Assembly (NCBI GenBank): GCA_937876625.1 | Contig: CALEGN010000311.1 | Location: 3,454-67,453, forward strand | From: an uncultured Pseudomonadaceae bacterium | GTDB lineage: Bacteria; Pseudomonadota; Gammaproteobacteria; Pseudomonadales; Pseudomonadaceae | Length of the DNA: 64,000 nt | Direction of reading: 5' to 3' | Position numbers and translations under genes: made by a program | Shown here: positions 1 to 8,928 of the stretch, one piece after another | How positions within the stretch are numbered: the first letter of the stretch is position 1 | Layout: each line of letters begins with the position of its first letter | Notes under the pieces: model-generated | Database searches by the model: none | The model's input: the letters and a program-made list of their open reading frames with translations, nothing else | Told to the model about the DNA's origin: nothing

Positions 1-100
1 ACACGGCCCGGATATTCCGTGCCAGCTGCCGGATAAAGCGCTTGCGCACCGGGCGGCTCTTGATGGTAATTTCGGGGAAAACCTTGATGATCAGCTTCAT
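1..100 (-). CDS. thiI: tRNA 4-thiouridine synthase ThiI, first 33 codons only (gene runs off the window start)
   Basis: Reverse complement of 1-100 translates to [33 protein letters not shown], the conserved ThiI N-terminus. It is too short to appear in the ORF track. Divergent from glnA. Confidence 0.75.
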   Translation of the reverse strand, partial: MKLIIKVFPEITIKSRPVRKRFIRQLARNIRAV

Positions 101-511
101 GGGAAACGGCCCGTACCCGCCAGGCAGACGCAAGTCAAAGGGCGGATTATAACGAAGCTACCTGGCCTCCGTCAGACTAAATCGGCTTTTCGGGCCCGCC
201 GGATTTCCTGACATCAGTACCGGTCCGGACGGTGAGAGACTTGCATCCAGTGCCCCGTTCCAGCCTGCGGTGCCTCCTGCAGGCCCCCGCACCACCCCCG
301 GCACTTCTGGTACGGGCGCCATAAAAGACCATCATGGAACATTTGCTGTAAATCGCCTGATAAATGCTCACATTCCAGCCATTCCCGGCCGTATAATGAG
401 ACGTTTATCTGAAGGGCAGTGATAACAAGCGGCTTTGATCTGGCCGTGCAGCCACTCCGGCTGGTTCGCCTTCGAATGTACTTGCAGCAACCGAAAACGC
501 ATCAGGAGACC

Positions 512-1921
512 ATGATGTCAAAGTCGCTTCAACTGATCCAGCAACATAACGTCAAATGGATCGATCTTCGCTTTACTGACACCAAGGGCAAGCAGCAGCA
601 CGTCACCATTCCGGCACGTGACGCCCAGGATGAAGACTTTTTCACCGACGGCAAAATGTTCGATGGTTCCTCCATCGCCGGCTGGAAAGGCATTGAAGCC
701 TCTGACATGATCCTGAAACCGGATGACAGCACTGCCGTACTGGATCCGTTTACCGAAGAACCCACCCTGATCCTGGTGTGCGACATCATTGAACCGTCCA
801 CCATGCAGCCCTACGAGCGCGATCCCCGCAGCATCGCCCGGGCCGCCGAGGCCTACCTGCAGTCCACCGGCATTGGTGACACAGCATTTTTCGGTCCTGA
901 GCCTGAATTCTTCATTTTTGACGAAGTGAAGTTCAAGTCCGACATTTCCGGCTCCATGTTCAAGATTTTTTCCGAACAGGGCTCCTGGAATACGGATGCC
1001 GACATTGACGGCGGCAACAAGGGTCACCGGCCGGCTGTCAAGGGCGGCTACTTTCCGGTTCCACCGGTTGACCACGACCACGAAATCCGTACCGCCATGT
1101 GCAATGCCATGGAAGAAATGGGCCTGAAGGTCGAGGTTCACCACCACGAAGTGGCCACTGCCGGCCAGAACGAAATCGGGGTCAGCTTCAATACCCTGGT
1201 CCGGAAAGCGGACGAAGTACAGATTCTGAAGTACTGCATACACAATGTGGCTGATGCCTATGGCAAAACAGCTACCTTCATGCCCAAACCGCTTTATGGC
1301 GACAACGGATCAGGCATGCACGTGCACATGTCCATCGCCAAAGAAGGCAAAAACACCTTCGCCGGTGACGGCTATGCCGGACTGTCTGAACAGGCCCTGT
1401 TCTTTATTGGTGGCATCATCAAGCACGGCAAGGCCCTCAATGCCCTGACCAACCCGTCTACCAACTCCTACAAACGCCTGGTACCCGGCTTTGAAGCCCC
1501 GGTCATGCTGGCCTACTCGGCCCGCAACCGTTCGGCGTCCATCCGCATTCCGTTCGTCAACAGCCCGAAGGCCCGCCGCATCGAAGCACGCTTCCCGGAC
1601 CCGGCAGCCAACCCCTACCTGGCATTCGCTGCCCTGCTGATGGCCGGCCTGGATGGAATCCAGAACAAGATCCATCCCGGCGAAGCCGCCACCAAGGACC
1701 TGTACCACCTGCCGCCGGAAGAATCCAAACAGATTCCGCAGGTCTGTGGCAGCCTGAAAGAGGCTCTGGAAGCCCTGGACGCTGACCGTGACTTCCTGAC
1801 CAAAGGTGGCGTATTCACCAATGAATTCCTCGATGCCTACATCGAGCTGAAAGCGGCTGAAGAAATCCGGGTCCGCACCTTTGTGCACCCGCTGGAATAC
1901 GACCTGTACTACAGCGTCTGA
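512..1921 (+). CDS. glnA: Glutamine synthetase type I
   Basis: ORF 419-1921 with GS-I hallmarks ([36 protein letters not shown]). I chose ATG 512 because AGGAGA lies at 504-509; the upstream extension from GTG 419 is unlikely. Confidence 0.97.
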   Translation: MMSKSLQLIQQHNVKWIDLRFTDTKGKQQHVTIPARDAQDEDFFTDGKMFDGSSIAGWKGIEASDMILKPDDSTAVLDPFTEEPTLILVCDIIEPSTMQPYERDPRSIARAAEAYLQSTGIGDTAFFGPEPEFFIFDEVKFKSDISGSMFKIFSEQGSWNTDADIDGGNKGHRPAVKGGYFPVPPVDHDHEIRTAMCNAMEEMGLKVEVHHHEVATAGQNEIGVSFNTLVRKADEVQILKYCIHNVADAYGKTATFMPKPLYGDNGSGMHVHMSIAKEGKNTFAGDGYAGLSEQALFFIGGIIKHGKALNALTNPSTNSYKRLVPGFEAPVMLAYSARNRSASIRIPFVNSPKARRIEARFPDPAANPYLAFAALLMAGLDGIQNKIHPGEAATKDLYHLPPEESKQIPQVCGSLKEALEALDADRDFLTKGGVFTNEFLDAYIELKAAEEIRVRTFVHPLEYDLYYSV

Positions 1922-1937
1922 TTCCCCGCTGAACCAC

Positions 1938-1970
1938 AAACCCGTACGGCCAGCGCCGCACGGGTTTTTT
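1938..1970 (+). terminator. Rho-independent terminator after glnA
   Basis: CCCGTACGGC (1941-1950) pairs with GCCGCACGGG (1954-1963) with one mismatch, followed by TTTTTT (1965-1970). Confidence 0.7.
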
Positions 1971-2029
1971 ATCGCCCGGACAACCCGCGTATGCTGGACA
2001 GCCCGTCCTCTTCCGCCCAAGGAGCTGCC

Positions 2030-2563
2030 ATGCGTCTGTCTGCATTTTCAATCCTGCTGCTGACCTGTACGGGCACCGCCCTGGCCGGGATCTACCGTTA
2101 TACCGACCCGAACGGCCAGACCGTATTTACCAGCCAGCCGCCAGAAGGCGTCCAGGCAACTGAAGTCAACGTCCAGACGCCCAATACCCTTGAGCTCCGG
2201 ACACCCGCCCTGCCAGCAACCCGGACAGCATCCCCCCCTCCAGTCCCGACAGCAGCCTATAGCCAGCTCCAGCTGCAGGGTATTCCCGAGGATGGCACCC
2301 TGCGGGCCAACAGCGGCAGCTTTGTGGTCAGCGCCCGGCTCAAGCCGGCCCTGCAGCCCGGACACCGGCTGCGCCTGCTGCTGGATGGCCAGCCCGCAGG
2401 ACCAGCCGGAACAACCAGCGTATTCCAGCTGACAGACATTGACCGGGGAGAACACCAGCTGCAACTGCAGGTACTCACGGAGAGCGGCCAGCTGGTCCAG
2501 AGCAGTCCCCCCCTGACCTTTACCCTGCAGCGCGTCAGCCTCTACAGCCCGGCCCGGCACTGA
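2030..2563 (+). CDS. Secreted DUF4124-type protein
   Basis: Signal peptide MRLSAFSILLLTCTGTALA followed by GIYRYTDPNGQTVFTSQPP, a DUF4124-like motif. AAGGAG at 2019-2024 precedes ATG 2030. Confidence 0.75.
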   Translation: MRLSAFSILLLTCTGTALAGIYRYTDPNGQTVFTSQPPEGVQATEVNVQTPNTLELRTPALPATRTASPPPVPTAAYSQLQLQGIPEDGTLRANSGSFVVSARLKPALQPGHRLRLLLDGQPAGPAGTTSVFQLTDIDRGEHQLQLQVLTESGQLVQSSPPLTFTLQRVSLYSPARH

Positions 2564-2652
2564 TCCGCACCCGCAACGGCCTGCTGGATGCACAAGAAGC
2601 GGTCAGCCTCACCCTCTGCACAACCGGCTGCGTCCAGCCCCGGGCCAGCTAC

Positions 2653-2667
2653 GCACTATATAAGTGC
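2653..2667. promoter_or_regulatory. Candidate NtrC-type operator upstream of ntrB
   Basis: Perfect palindrome GCACT-ATATA-AGTGC, resembling the TGCACCA-N3-TGGTGCA NtrC half-site arrangement. It lies about 125 nt upstream of the ntrB start. Confidence 0.3.
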
Positions 2668-2792
2668 ATAACATTGCGCCAGGGCATCATTCTGTCCATA
2701 GCAGGCGCTATGCTGTGTTTCCTGAACACTTCTGATACAGCGGGCCAGCACGGGCTGGTTTGCTTCTTGCTTTTTCAGGAAGATCCAACCGT

Positions 2793-3890
2793 ATGCAGAT
2801 GAGCCTGATGATCGACGAAGCCCTGCAGCGTGCGCTGCTTGAACATCTGACTACGGCGACCCTGCTGCTGGACTCGGAGCTGCGGCTGGAATACATGAAT
2901 CCTGCCGCCGAGATCCTGCTGGCCGTCAGTGGCCAGCGCAGCCTGGGTCACTTTATCAGCGACCTGTTCACCGAATCCCCTGAAGCACTCTGCTCCCTGC
3001 GGGAGGCCGTCGAAGGAGCCCATCCCTTTACCCGGCGTGAAGCTGTCCTGACCTCCGGCAATGGCCAGAGTCTGGTGGTTGACTACCTGGTCACCCCCAT
3101 CCATATCCAGAACCGCATCCTGATCCTGCTGGAAATCCTGCAGCGCGACCATCTGCTGCGCCTGAGCAAGGAAGAAGCCCTGCACTCCACCCAGGAGACC
3201 ACCAAAATGCTGGTGCGGGGGCTGGCCCATGAAATCAAGAATCCGCTGGGGGGGATCCGGGGCGCGGCACAGCTACTGGCCCGGCAACTGCCGGATGAGC
3301 AGCTGCGTGACTATACCCGGGTAATCATTGAAGAAGCAGACCGGCTGCGCAATCTGGTGGACCGGATGCTCGGCTCCAACAAGCTGCCCTGCCTGTCCAT
3401 GATCAACCTCCATGAAGTACTGGAGCGGGTTGCCAGCCTGATCGAGGCCGAAAGTCAGGGCAGTGTCATTCTGGTGCGTGACTACGATCCCAGCATCCCG
3501 GAAATCCGCATGGACCGCGAGCAGATGATCCAGGCCGTGCTCAATATCGTGCGCAACGCCTTGCAGGCCCTGGCCAGCCACCACGAGCAGGGCATGGGCC
3601 GCATTACCCTGCGCACCCGGACGGTGCGCCAGTTTGTGATCGGCCATACCCGCCACCGGCTGGCCGCCCACCTCAGCATTATCGACAACGGCCCCGGCAT
3701 CCCGCCGGAGCTGCAGCACACCCTGTTTTACCCCATGGTCAGCGGCCGGGCCGAGGGTACCGGACTGGGGCTGGCCATCACCCAGAACATCATCAGCCAG
3801 CACCACGGAATGATCGAGTTTGAAAGCCATCCCGGCCACACCGTATTTTCGGTCTATCTGCCATTGGAACAAGGAGCGACGTCCCCATGA
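2793..3890 (+). CDS. ntrB: Nitrogen regulation sensor histidine kinase NtrB
   Basis: PAS-like N-terminus, H-box HEIKNPLGGIRGAAQLL, N box NIVRNALQA, G boxes DNGPGIP and GTGLGLAI. Start chosen at MQMSLMIDE. ATGA overlap with ntrC. Confidence 0.9.
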   Translation: MQMSLMIDEALQRALLEHLTTATLLLDSELRLEYMNPAAEILLAVSGQRSLGHFISDLFTESPEALCSLREAVEGAHPFTRREAVLTSGNGQSLVVDYLVTPIHIQNRILILLEILQRDHLLRLSKEEALHSTQETTKMLVRGLAHEIKNPLGGIRGAAQLLARQLPDEQLRDYTRVIIEEADRLRNLVDRMLGSNKLPCLSMINLHEVLERVASLIEAESQGSVILVRDYDPSIPEIRMDREQMIQAVLNIVRNALQALASHHEQGMGRITLRTRTVRQFVIGHTRHRLAAHLSIIDNGPGIPPELQHTLFYPMVSGRAEGTGLGLAITQNIISQHHGMIEFESHPGHTVFSVYLPLEQGATSP

Positions 3891-5326
3891 GCCACAATGA
3901 AACCGTCTGGATCGTTGACGACGACCGCTCCATCCGCTGGGTTCTGGAAAAAGCCCTGCAGCAGGATGGCATTACCACCCAGAGCTTTGAAAATGCGGAC
4001 AGCGTACTGGGCCGGCTCGACCGCCAGCAGCCGGATGTCATCATTTCCGATATCCGCATGCCCGGCGCCAGCGGTCTGGACATGCTGGCCAGAATCCGCG
4101 AGCAGCATCCCCGCCTGCCAGTCATCATCATGACTGCCCACTCGGACCTGGAAAGCGCAGTGGCCTCCTATCAGGGCGGTGCCTTTGAATACCTGCCCAA
4201 GCCCTTTGACGTGGACGAAGCCGTCTCCCTGGTCAAGCGGGCCTGCCAGCATGCCCAGGAACAGCAGGGAGACGGGCTGCCGGAAGACCCGTCCACCACC
4301 CCGGAGATCATCGGTGAAGCCCCGGCCATGCAGGAGGTCTTCCGGGCGATTGGCCGGCTTTCCCACTCCAATATCACCGTACTGATCAATGGCGAGTCCG
4401 GCACCGGCAAAGAGCTGGTAGCCCATGCCCTGCACCGCCACAGCCCGCGCAAGGCAGCCCCCTTTATTGCCCTGAACATGGCCGCCATTCCCAAGGACCT
4501 GATGGAATCCGAACTGTTCGGCCATGAAAAAGGCGCCTTTACCGGTGCGGCAGCCCTGCGCCGGGGCCGTTTTGAACAGGCCGACGGCGGTACCCTGTTT
4601 CTGGATGAAATCGGTGACATGCCCGCCGAAACCCAGACCCGGCTGCTGCGGGTTCTGGCCGATGGCGAGTTTTACCGGGTAGGCGGCCATACGCCGATCA
4701 AGGTGGACGTGCGGATCATTGCGGCCACCCACCAGAATCTGGAAGGGCTGGTCCAGGCCGGCAAATTCCGTGAAGACCTGTTCCACCGGCTGAATGTGAT
4801 CCGCATCCACATCCCGCGCCTGCGCGACCGCCAGGAAGACATCCCGGCTCTGGCTCGGCATTTTCTGGCCCGGGCGGCCCAGGAGCTGGCTGTTGATCCC
4901 AAGGCACTCAAACCGGAAACCGAGGAATATATCAGCCGCCTGCCCTGGCCGGGCAACGTGCGCCAGCTGGAAAATACCTGCCGCTGGATTACCGTCATGG
5001 CCTCGGGCCGGGAAGTGCTGGTCGAGGATCTGCCACCAGAGCTGCTCAACCAGCCCGCCGTGATCCACGCCGCCTCCAACTGGGAGCAGGGACTGCGCAA
5101 CTGGGCTGACCAGGCCCTGGCCCGTGGCCAGAAAAACCTGCTGGATGAAGCCGTTCCTGCCTTCGAGCGGATCATGATCGAAACCGCCCTGAAACACACG
5201 GCCGGCCGGCGCCGGGATGCTGCCCTGCTGCTGGGCTGGGGCCGCAACACCCTGACCCGCAAGATCAAGGAGCTGGGCATGGACATGGATGACAGCGACG
5301 CTGAAGACGACAGCAGCGACAGCTGA
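3887..5326 (+). CDS. ntrC: Sigma-54-dependent response regulator NtrC
   Basis: Receiver domain (VWIVDDD, DIRMPG), AAA+ core (GESGTGKE, GAFTGA, Walker B LFLDEIG) and a C-terminal HTH. Confidence 0.95.
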   Translation: MSHNETVWIVDDDRSIRWVLEKALQQDGITTQSFENADSVLGRLDRQQPDVIISDIRMPGASGLDMLARIREQHPRLPVIIMTAHSDLESAVASYQGGAFEYLPKPFDVDEAVSLVKRACQHAQEQQGDGLPEDPSTTPEIIGEAPAMQEVFRAIGRLSHSNITVLINGESGTGKELVAHALHRHSPRKAAPFIALNMAAIPKDLMESELFGHEKGAFTGAAALRRGRFEQADGGTLFLDEIGDMPAETQTRLLRVLADGEFYRVGGHTPIKVDVRIIAATHQNLEGLVQAGKFREDLFHRLNVIRIHIPRLRDRQEDIPALARHFLARAAQELAVDPKALKPETEEYISRLPWPGNVRQLENTCRWITVMASGREVLVEDLPPELLNQPAVIHAASNWEQGLRNWADQALARGQKNLLDEAVPAFERIMIETALKHTAGRRRDAALLLGWGRNTLTRKIKELGMDMDDSDAEDDSSDS

Positions 5327-5334
5327 ACAGGTCC

Positions 5335-5769
5335 TCAGCGAAACGACACCTGCAACCGGAGCGGCCAGCCGGCGCCATCAATCACCTGCCACTGGCAAGC
5401 CAGCGGCCGGGCGGCAACCAGCCCCAGGACCAGGTAACGGCGGTCTGGCCACAGGCGCCAGCCGACCGGTCGCCGGGCCAGATGCAACTGGCCCTCGCCG
5501 GACGGCCCCGCAGCCCGGAAGCGCAGGGTACAGGTTCCATCCAGCCCCTCACTGCGGATCGCCGGCTCCCGGTCAAAACGCAGCAACAGCCCGTCGGCCA
5601 GTGGTTCGACTCCCAGCAACTGCACCTCTTCGGGCCAGCCCAGCCGGCCAAGCATCATTCCGCCCAGAAAGCCCCACAATACCAGCGAGGCAAAAAAGCA
5701 CCACTGCCTGCGGCGCCGGGCCCGCCGCACAGTAAAATAGTCATCCTGATCGCCTCCGGTTACCCGCAT
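5335..5769 (-). CDS. Hypothetical N-terminally membrane-anchored protein
   Basis: This is the only plausible ORF filling 5327-5767. It has a basic stretch RRARRRRQ followed by a TM segment WCFFASLVLWGFLGGMML. Start taken at MRVTGG. Function not recognised. Confidence 0.5.
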   Translation of the reverse strand: MRVTGGDQDDYFTVRRARRRRQWCFFASLVLWGFLGGMMLGRLGWPEEVQLLGVEPLADGLLLRFDREPAIRSEGLDGTCTLRFRAAGPSGEGQLHLARRPVGWRLWPDRRYLVLGLVAARPLACQWQVIDGAGWPLRLQVSFR

Positions 5770-6247
5770 GTTCCATATCATCCTGTTTGAGCCTGAAATT
5801 CCGCCCAATACCGGCAATATCATCCGGCTCTGCGCCAATACCGGCTGTACCCTGCATCTGGTCGAACCGCTGGGGTTTGAGCTGGATGACAAGCGGCTGC
5901 GCCGGGCCGGGCTGGATTACCACGAATATGCCCGGGTCCGGCGCCATGCGGATCTGGACACCTGCCTGGCAGAGCTGGGGATCAGCCTGGATCACCAGCC
6001 CCGGCTGTATGCATTTACCACCAGAGGCGCGCAGCCCTTCCACGAAGTCCGTTACCAGGCCGGTGATGCCTTCCTGTTCGGGCCGGAGAGCCGGGGCCTG
6101 CCGGCCAGCGTGCGGGAGGCCCTGCCCGGGTCCCGGCGGGTCCGCCTGCCCATGCGGCCGGACAGCCGCAGCCTGAACCTGTCCAATACGGTGGCCATAG
6201 CCGTCTATGAAGGCTGGCGGCAGCTGGGTTTTCCGCAGGGGAACTAG
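5768..6247 (+). CDS. trmL: tRNA (cytidine/uridine-2'-O)-methyltransferase TrmL (SpoU family)
   Basis: MFHIILFEPEIPPNTGNIIRLCANTG is near-identical in pattern to the E. coli TrmL N-terminus. 159 aa. Confidence 0.9.
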   Translation: MFHIILFEPEIPPNTGNIIRLCANTGCTLHLVEPLGFELDDKRLRRAGLDYHEYARVRRHADLDTCLAELGISLDHQPRLYAFTTRGAQPFHEVRYQAGDAFLFGPESRGLPASVREALPGSRRVRLPMRPDSRSLNLSNTVAIAVYEGWRQLGFPQGN

Positions 6248-6705
6248 GCCTGGCTCACCGGCAACGACGCCTCGCCGATATCTTCCTGCCAGAGCTCCGG
6301 CCGGGCCGCAATAAAGGCCTGCATCAGGCTGATGCAGCGGGCATCCTGCAGCACTTCCACCTCGACGCCATGGGCCCGCAGCAACGCTTCGGCGCCCATA
6401 AAGCTCCGGTTTTCACCAATCACCACCCTGGGAATGCCATACAGCAGAATTGCTCCGCTACACATTGGACAGGGCGACAGCGTGGTATACAGCACGGACT
6501 CGCGATAGACCCGGGCGGGCTGCCGGCCGGCATTCTCGAACGCATCCATTTCCCCATGCAGGATCACGCTGCCCTGCTGGACCCGCCGGTTATGCCCCCG
6601 GCCCAGAATCTGGCCACGGTGCACAATCACCGAGCCAATGGGAATACCACCTTCCCGCAGCCCCTGCTGCGCCTCATCCAGCGCGGCCTGCATATAAACA
6701 TCCAT
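6244..6705 (-). CDS. FCY1-type (CMP/dCMP-deaminase fold) cytosine deaminase
   Basis: Zinc motifs HGEM and SPCPMCSGA. End-to-end resemblance to yeast Fcy1 (GGIPIG, GRGHNRR.QQGS, LYTTLSPC.MC.GAI.LYGIPR.V.GEN, ERPELWQEDIGE). Confidence 0.8.
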   Translation of the reverse strand: MDVYMQAALDEAQQGLREGGIPIGSVIVHRGQILGRGHNRRVQQGSVILHGEMDAFENAGRQPARVYRESVLYTTLSPCPMCSGAILLYGIPRVVIGENRSFMGAEALLRAHGVEVEVLQDARCISLMQAFIAARPELWQEDIGEASLPVSQA

Positions 6706-6858
6706 GAATGGTCTCCGCCGTCAGGTTCCAGCAGGTTATGCCACAGCCCTGGCAGGCTGTACAGGGACTGCAGCCGGCCACACCCTGTTCAGTGGTGCTT
6801 TCGAGTAAGCTCCACCTCAAGCGCTTGCGGAGCCCCTTAACTCCAGGAAAAGACCCTC

Positions 6859-7353
6859 ATGCAGAAACTGCTTCATCCACTGCTGATTGCTGGCGGCCTG
6901 CTACTGCAGGGCTGTACCACCGTCACCCCGGCCGACTGTGACCCGCGCAATGCCAATGCCGGCTTCCTGACCAAATTCAGCTGCAACAACCAGGGCGTTT
7001 ATGCCCAGCGGGTCGCCCACAAACAGCAGGTACTGGTGGATGAACAGCAGACCAACCAGCAGTTCCGGGCCGTCTACACCGCGATCCAGCAGGAGCAGGC
7101 TGCCGTCCGGGGTGAGCTGGGCCAGCAGCGCAGTGAATACGCCGGCCTGAACCGGGCACTGAATGCCCTGCTGGCCAACCTGAAAAGCCGGTCCCGGGGC
7201 AACCAGCGCATCCAGGGCCAGATTGCCGCCATCGAAAACGACCTGAAAACCCTCAACCAGGACAACCGGGCGGCCGTGATGCAGAAACAGTACGAGCTGC
7301 AGCGGCTGCAGAGCCGGGTGGCCGATCTGGAAGGCGATCTGGGCCTGCGCTGA
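6859..7353 (+). CDS. Lipoprotein, coiled-coil rich
   Basis: Lipobox LLLQGC after a signal peptide. The remainder is Q/L-rich with heptad-like periodicity. No recognised family. Confidence 0.7.
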   Translation: MQKLLHPLLIAGGLLLQGCTTVTPADCDPRNANAGFLTKFSCNNQGVYAQRVAHKQQVLVDEQQTNQQFRAVYTAIQQEQAAVRGELGQQRSEYAGLNRALNALLANLKSRSRGNQRIQGQIAAIENDLKTLNQDNRAAVMQKQYELQRLQSRVADLEGDLGLR

Positions 7354-7420
7354 ATGAACCTGGCCGCCCGGCGCGGTCTGAACCCTGTCTTTGAGGAGCG
7401 CTCCACCGGAGTGGACAGCC

Positions 7421-8065
7421 ATGAAACGAATCGCCCGGTTATCCGGTGAAGCCCGCAATGCCAGCACCGTGCTGGACAGCCATACCCGGCTGATCGCACT
7501 GCTGCGCCAGTATCTGCCCCCCAGCACCGCCACCCTGTTTGCCCGGCCCAAAGCCGTGGAAGGACAGACCGTGGAATGGTATTCCGAGCTCGGCGGCCAG
7601 CCACAGCCGTTCAGCAACCTGCCTCCCCAAGAGGCTGCCCGGGCTCGCCAGCAGCTGGATGAACGGCTGGCCAGCCTGCACGGACTGGCCGACCAGCTGG
7701 AGCCCCGGGGTGAAGAAGGCCGCCAGCAGGCAGCCCTGCTGCGCCAGGCGGCGGAATACCCGGATACCGATACCCTGTACGTGCTGAATGGCCAACCCGT
7801 AATTACCTTCTGGGGCGGGGGCAAAGCACCGCAGCAGCGCCACCCACCAGTGACGAGCCCAAACCCGAGCCGGAACCACCGGCAGCGGTGGAGCCGGTCA
7901 AGGCTGATGTGGTCAAGCCAGAGCCCAGGCCAGTATCCGTGCCGAAACCAGAAGCCAAACCGGCACCTGAACCAGTGCCAAAACCAGTGCCCAGGACAGA
8001 ACCCAAACCAGAACCCAGGCCGGAACCTAAACCGGAGCCCAGGCCTGACCCGCTGGAGGCAGTGA
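7421..8065 (+). CDS. Hypothetical protein; probably the N-terminal part of the downstream vWA protein, separated from it by a frameshift
   Basis: ATG 7421 has GGAG 10 nt upstream. After about 7830 the translation (PNPSRNHRQRWSRSRLMW...) looks like an out-of-frame reading of the Pro/Glu/Lys repeat encoded in the next ORF's frame. Confidence 0.45.
   Translation: MKRIARLSGEARNASTVLDSHTRLIALLRQYLPPSTATLFARPKAVEGQTVEWYSELGGQPQPFSNLPPQEAARARQQLDERLASLHGLADQLEPRGEEGRQQAALLRQAAEYPDTDTLYVLNGQPVITFWGGGKAPQQRHPPVTSPNPSRNHRQRWSRSRLMWSSQSPGQYPCRNQKPNRHLNQCQNQCPGQNPNQNPGRNLNRSPGLTRWRQ
7840..8052 (+). repeat. Low-complexity coding repeat (EPKPEPRP-type)
   Basis: Translates to PPTSDEPKPEPEPP...KPEPRPVSVPKPEAKPAPEPVPKPVPRTEPKPEPRPEPKPEPRPDP, with reiterated GAACCCAAACC/GAGCCCAGGCC units at the DNA level. 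Confidence 0.6.
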
Positions 8066-8919
8066 AAAAACGCATCGAAGCTGCTGGCAGCAACTGCAAG
8101 GCCCTGCAGCAGCTGCAAAGTGGTGAGCCCCTGCTGAAACAGCAGCCCGAGCTGCGTGCCAGGGTAGAACAGAAACTCGGCCAGAATTGCCGGGAGCAGC
8201 AGATCGTCAACGCGAAAAATCTCTGCCCGGACGAACGGCCCAAGGAACTGGCGCCTGAGCTGGCCATCGTCTTTGACGCCTCCGGGTCAATGGACATCAG
8301 CCTGCTGGCCACCGAAGAAGAAGTCCGGCGCGCCTCCATGGCCCAGGGTGTGGCCGATATCGCGCTGGGCATGCTGATTGGCGGCAACCCGGGACTGAAC
8401 ACCATGGGCCACCTGTTCCGCGAGCCGAAACGGATCACCGCCGCCAAACAGGCCACCACCGCGGTGGTACAGCGGCTGCCAGGGGACGTCAATGCCGGCC
8501 TGGTACTGGTCGAGGATTGCCCGAGAGCACGCAGTGCCGGATTTTACGCCCCGTCCCAGCGCGGCCAGCTGCTGGGACGCGTCCAGGGTATCCGCCCGGT
8601 GGAAGGTACACCGCTGGCCGATGGCATTGCCCGGGCCGGGCAGATGCTGGACGGGGTCAACCGCGAATCGGTGATGCTGGTGGTTTCCGATGGCGGTGAA
8701 AGCTGCGGCCAGGACCCCTGTGCCGTAGCCCAGATGCTGGCCCGCAGCAAGCCGCACCTTAAAATCAACGTGATAGATATTCTGGGTACCGGTGCCGGCA
8801 ACTGCCTGGCCCGGGCTACCGGCGGCCAGGTGTTTACCGCCCGCAACGCCAGCGACCTGAATATCATGACCCGGCAGGCAGCCAAAGACGTGCTGCCACC
8901 GGCCCACTGCAAACCCTGA
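7888..8919 (+). CDS. von Willebrand factor A (vWA) domain protein with Pro/Glu/Lys-rich linker
   Basis: MIDAS motif IVFDASGSM (DxSxS), later VVSDGGESCG. This reading frame is open back to 7714, which overlaps the previous ORF. Confidence 0.75.
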   Translation: MEPVKADVVKPEPRPVSVPKPEAKPAPEPVPKPVPRTEPKPEPRPEPKPEPRPDPLEAVKKRIEAAGSNCKALQQLQSGEPLLKQQPELRARVEQKLGQNCREQQIVNAKNLCPDERPKELAPELAIVFDASGSMDISLLATEEEVRRASMAQGVADIALGMLIGGNPGLNTMGHLFREPKRITAAKQATTAVVQRLPGDVNAGLVLVEDCPRARSAGFYAPSQRGQLLGRVQGIRPVEGTPLADGIARAGQMLDGVNRESVMLVVSDGGESCGQDPCAVAQMLARSKPHLKINVIDILGTGAGNCLARATGGQVFTARNASDLNIMTRQAAKDVLPPAHCKP

Positions 8920-8928
8920 AGGTGATTC

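Noticed and set aside
101-511. I looked for a sigma-54 (TGGCAC-N5-TTGCA) glnAp2 promoter and NtrC enhancer sites in the thiI-glnA intergenic region. I also noted a TATAAT at 392-397.
   Set aside because: No GG-N10-GC element with correct spacing was found by eye. The TATAAT lacks a properly spaced -35 element. I am leaving this unannotated rather than guessing.
518-1243. 241-aa ORF antisense to glnA. Similar long antisense or out-of-frame ORFs occur elsewhere: 3854-5197, 8287-10098, 10514-11560, 11717-12724, 33959-35845, 37791-38741, 41939-42904, 45513-46427, 55845-57542, 60338-61333, 61334-62830, 62625-63599.
   Set aside because: Each lies opposite or out of frame to a gene with unambiguous homology. 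Their translations are Gly/Arg/Pro/Ala-rich low-information sequence typical of stop-poor alternative frames in high-GC DNA.
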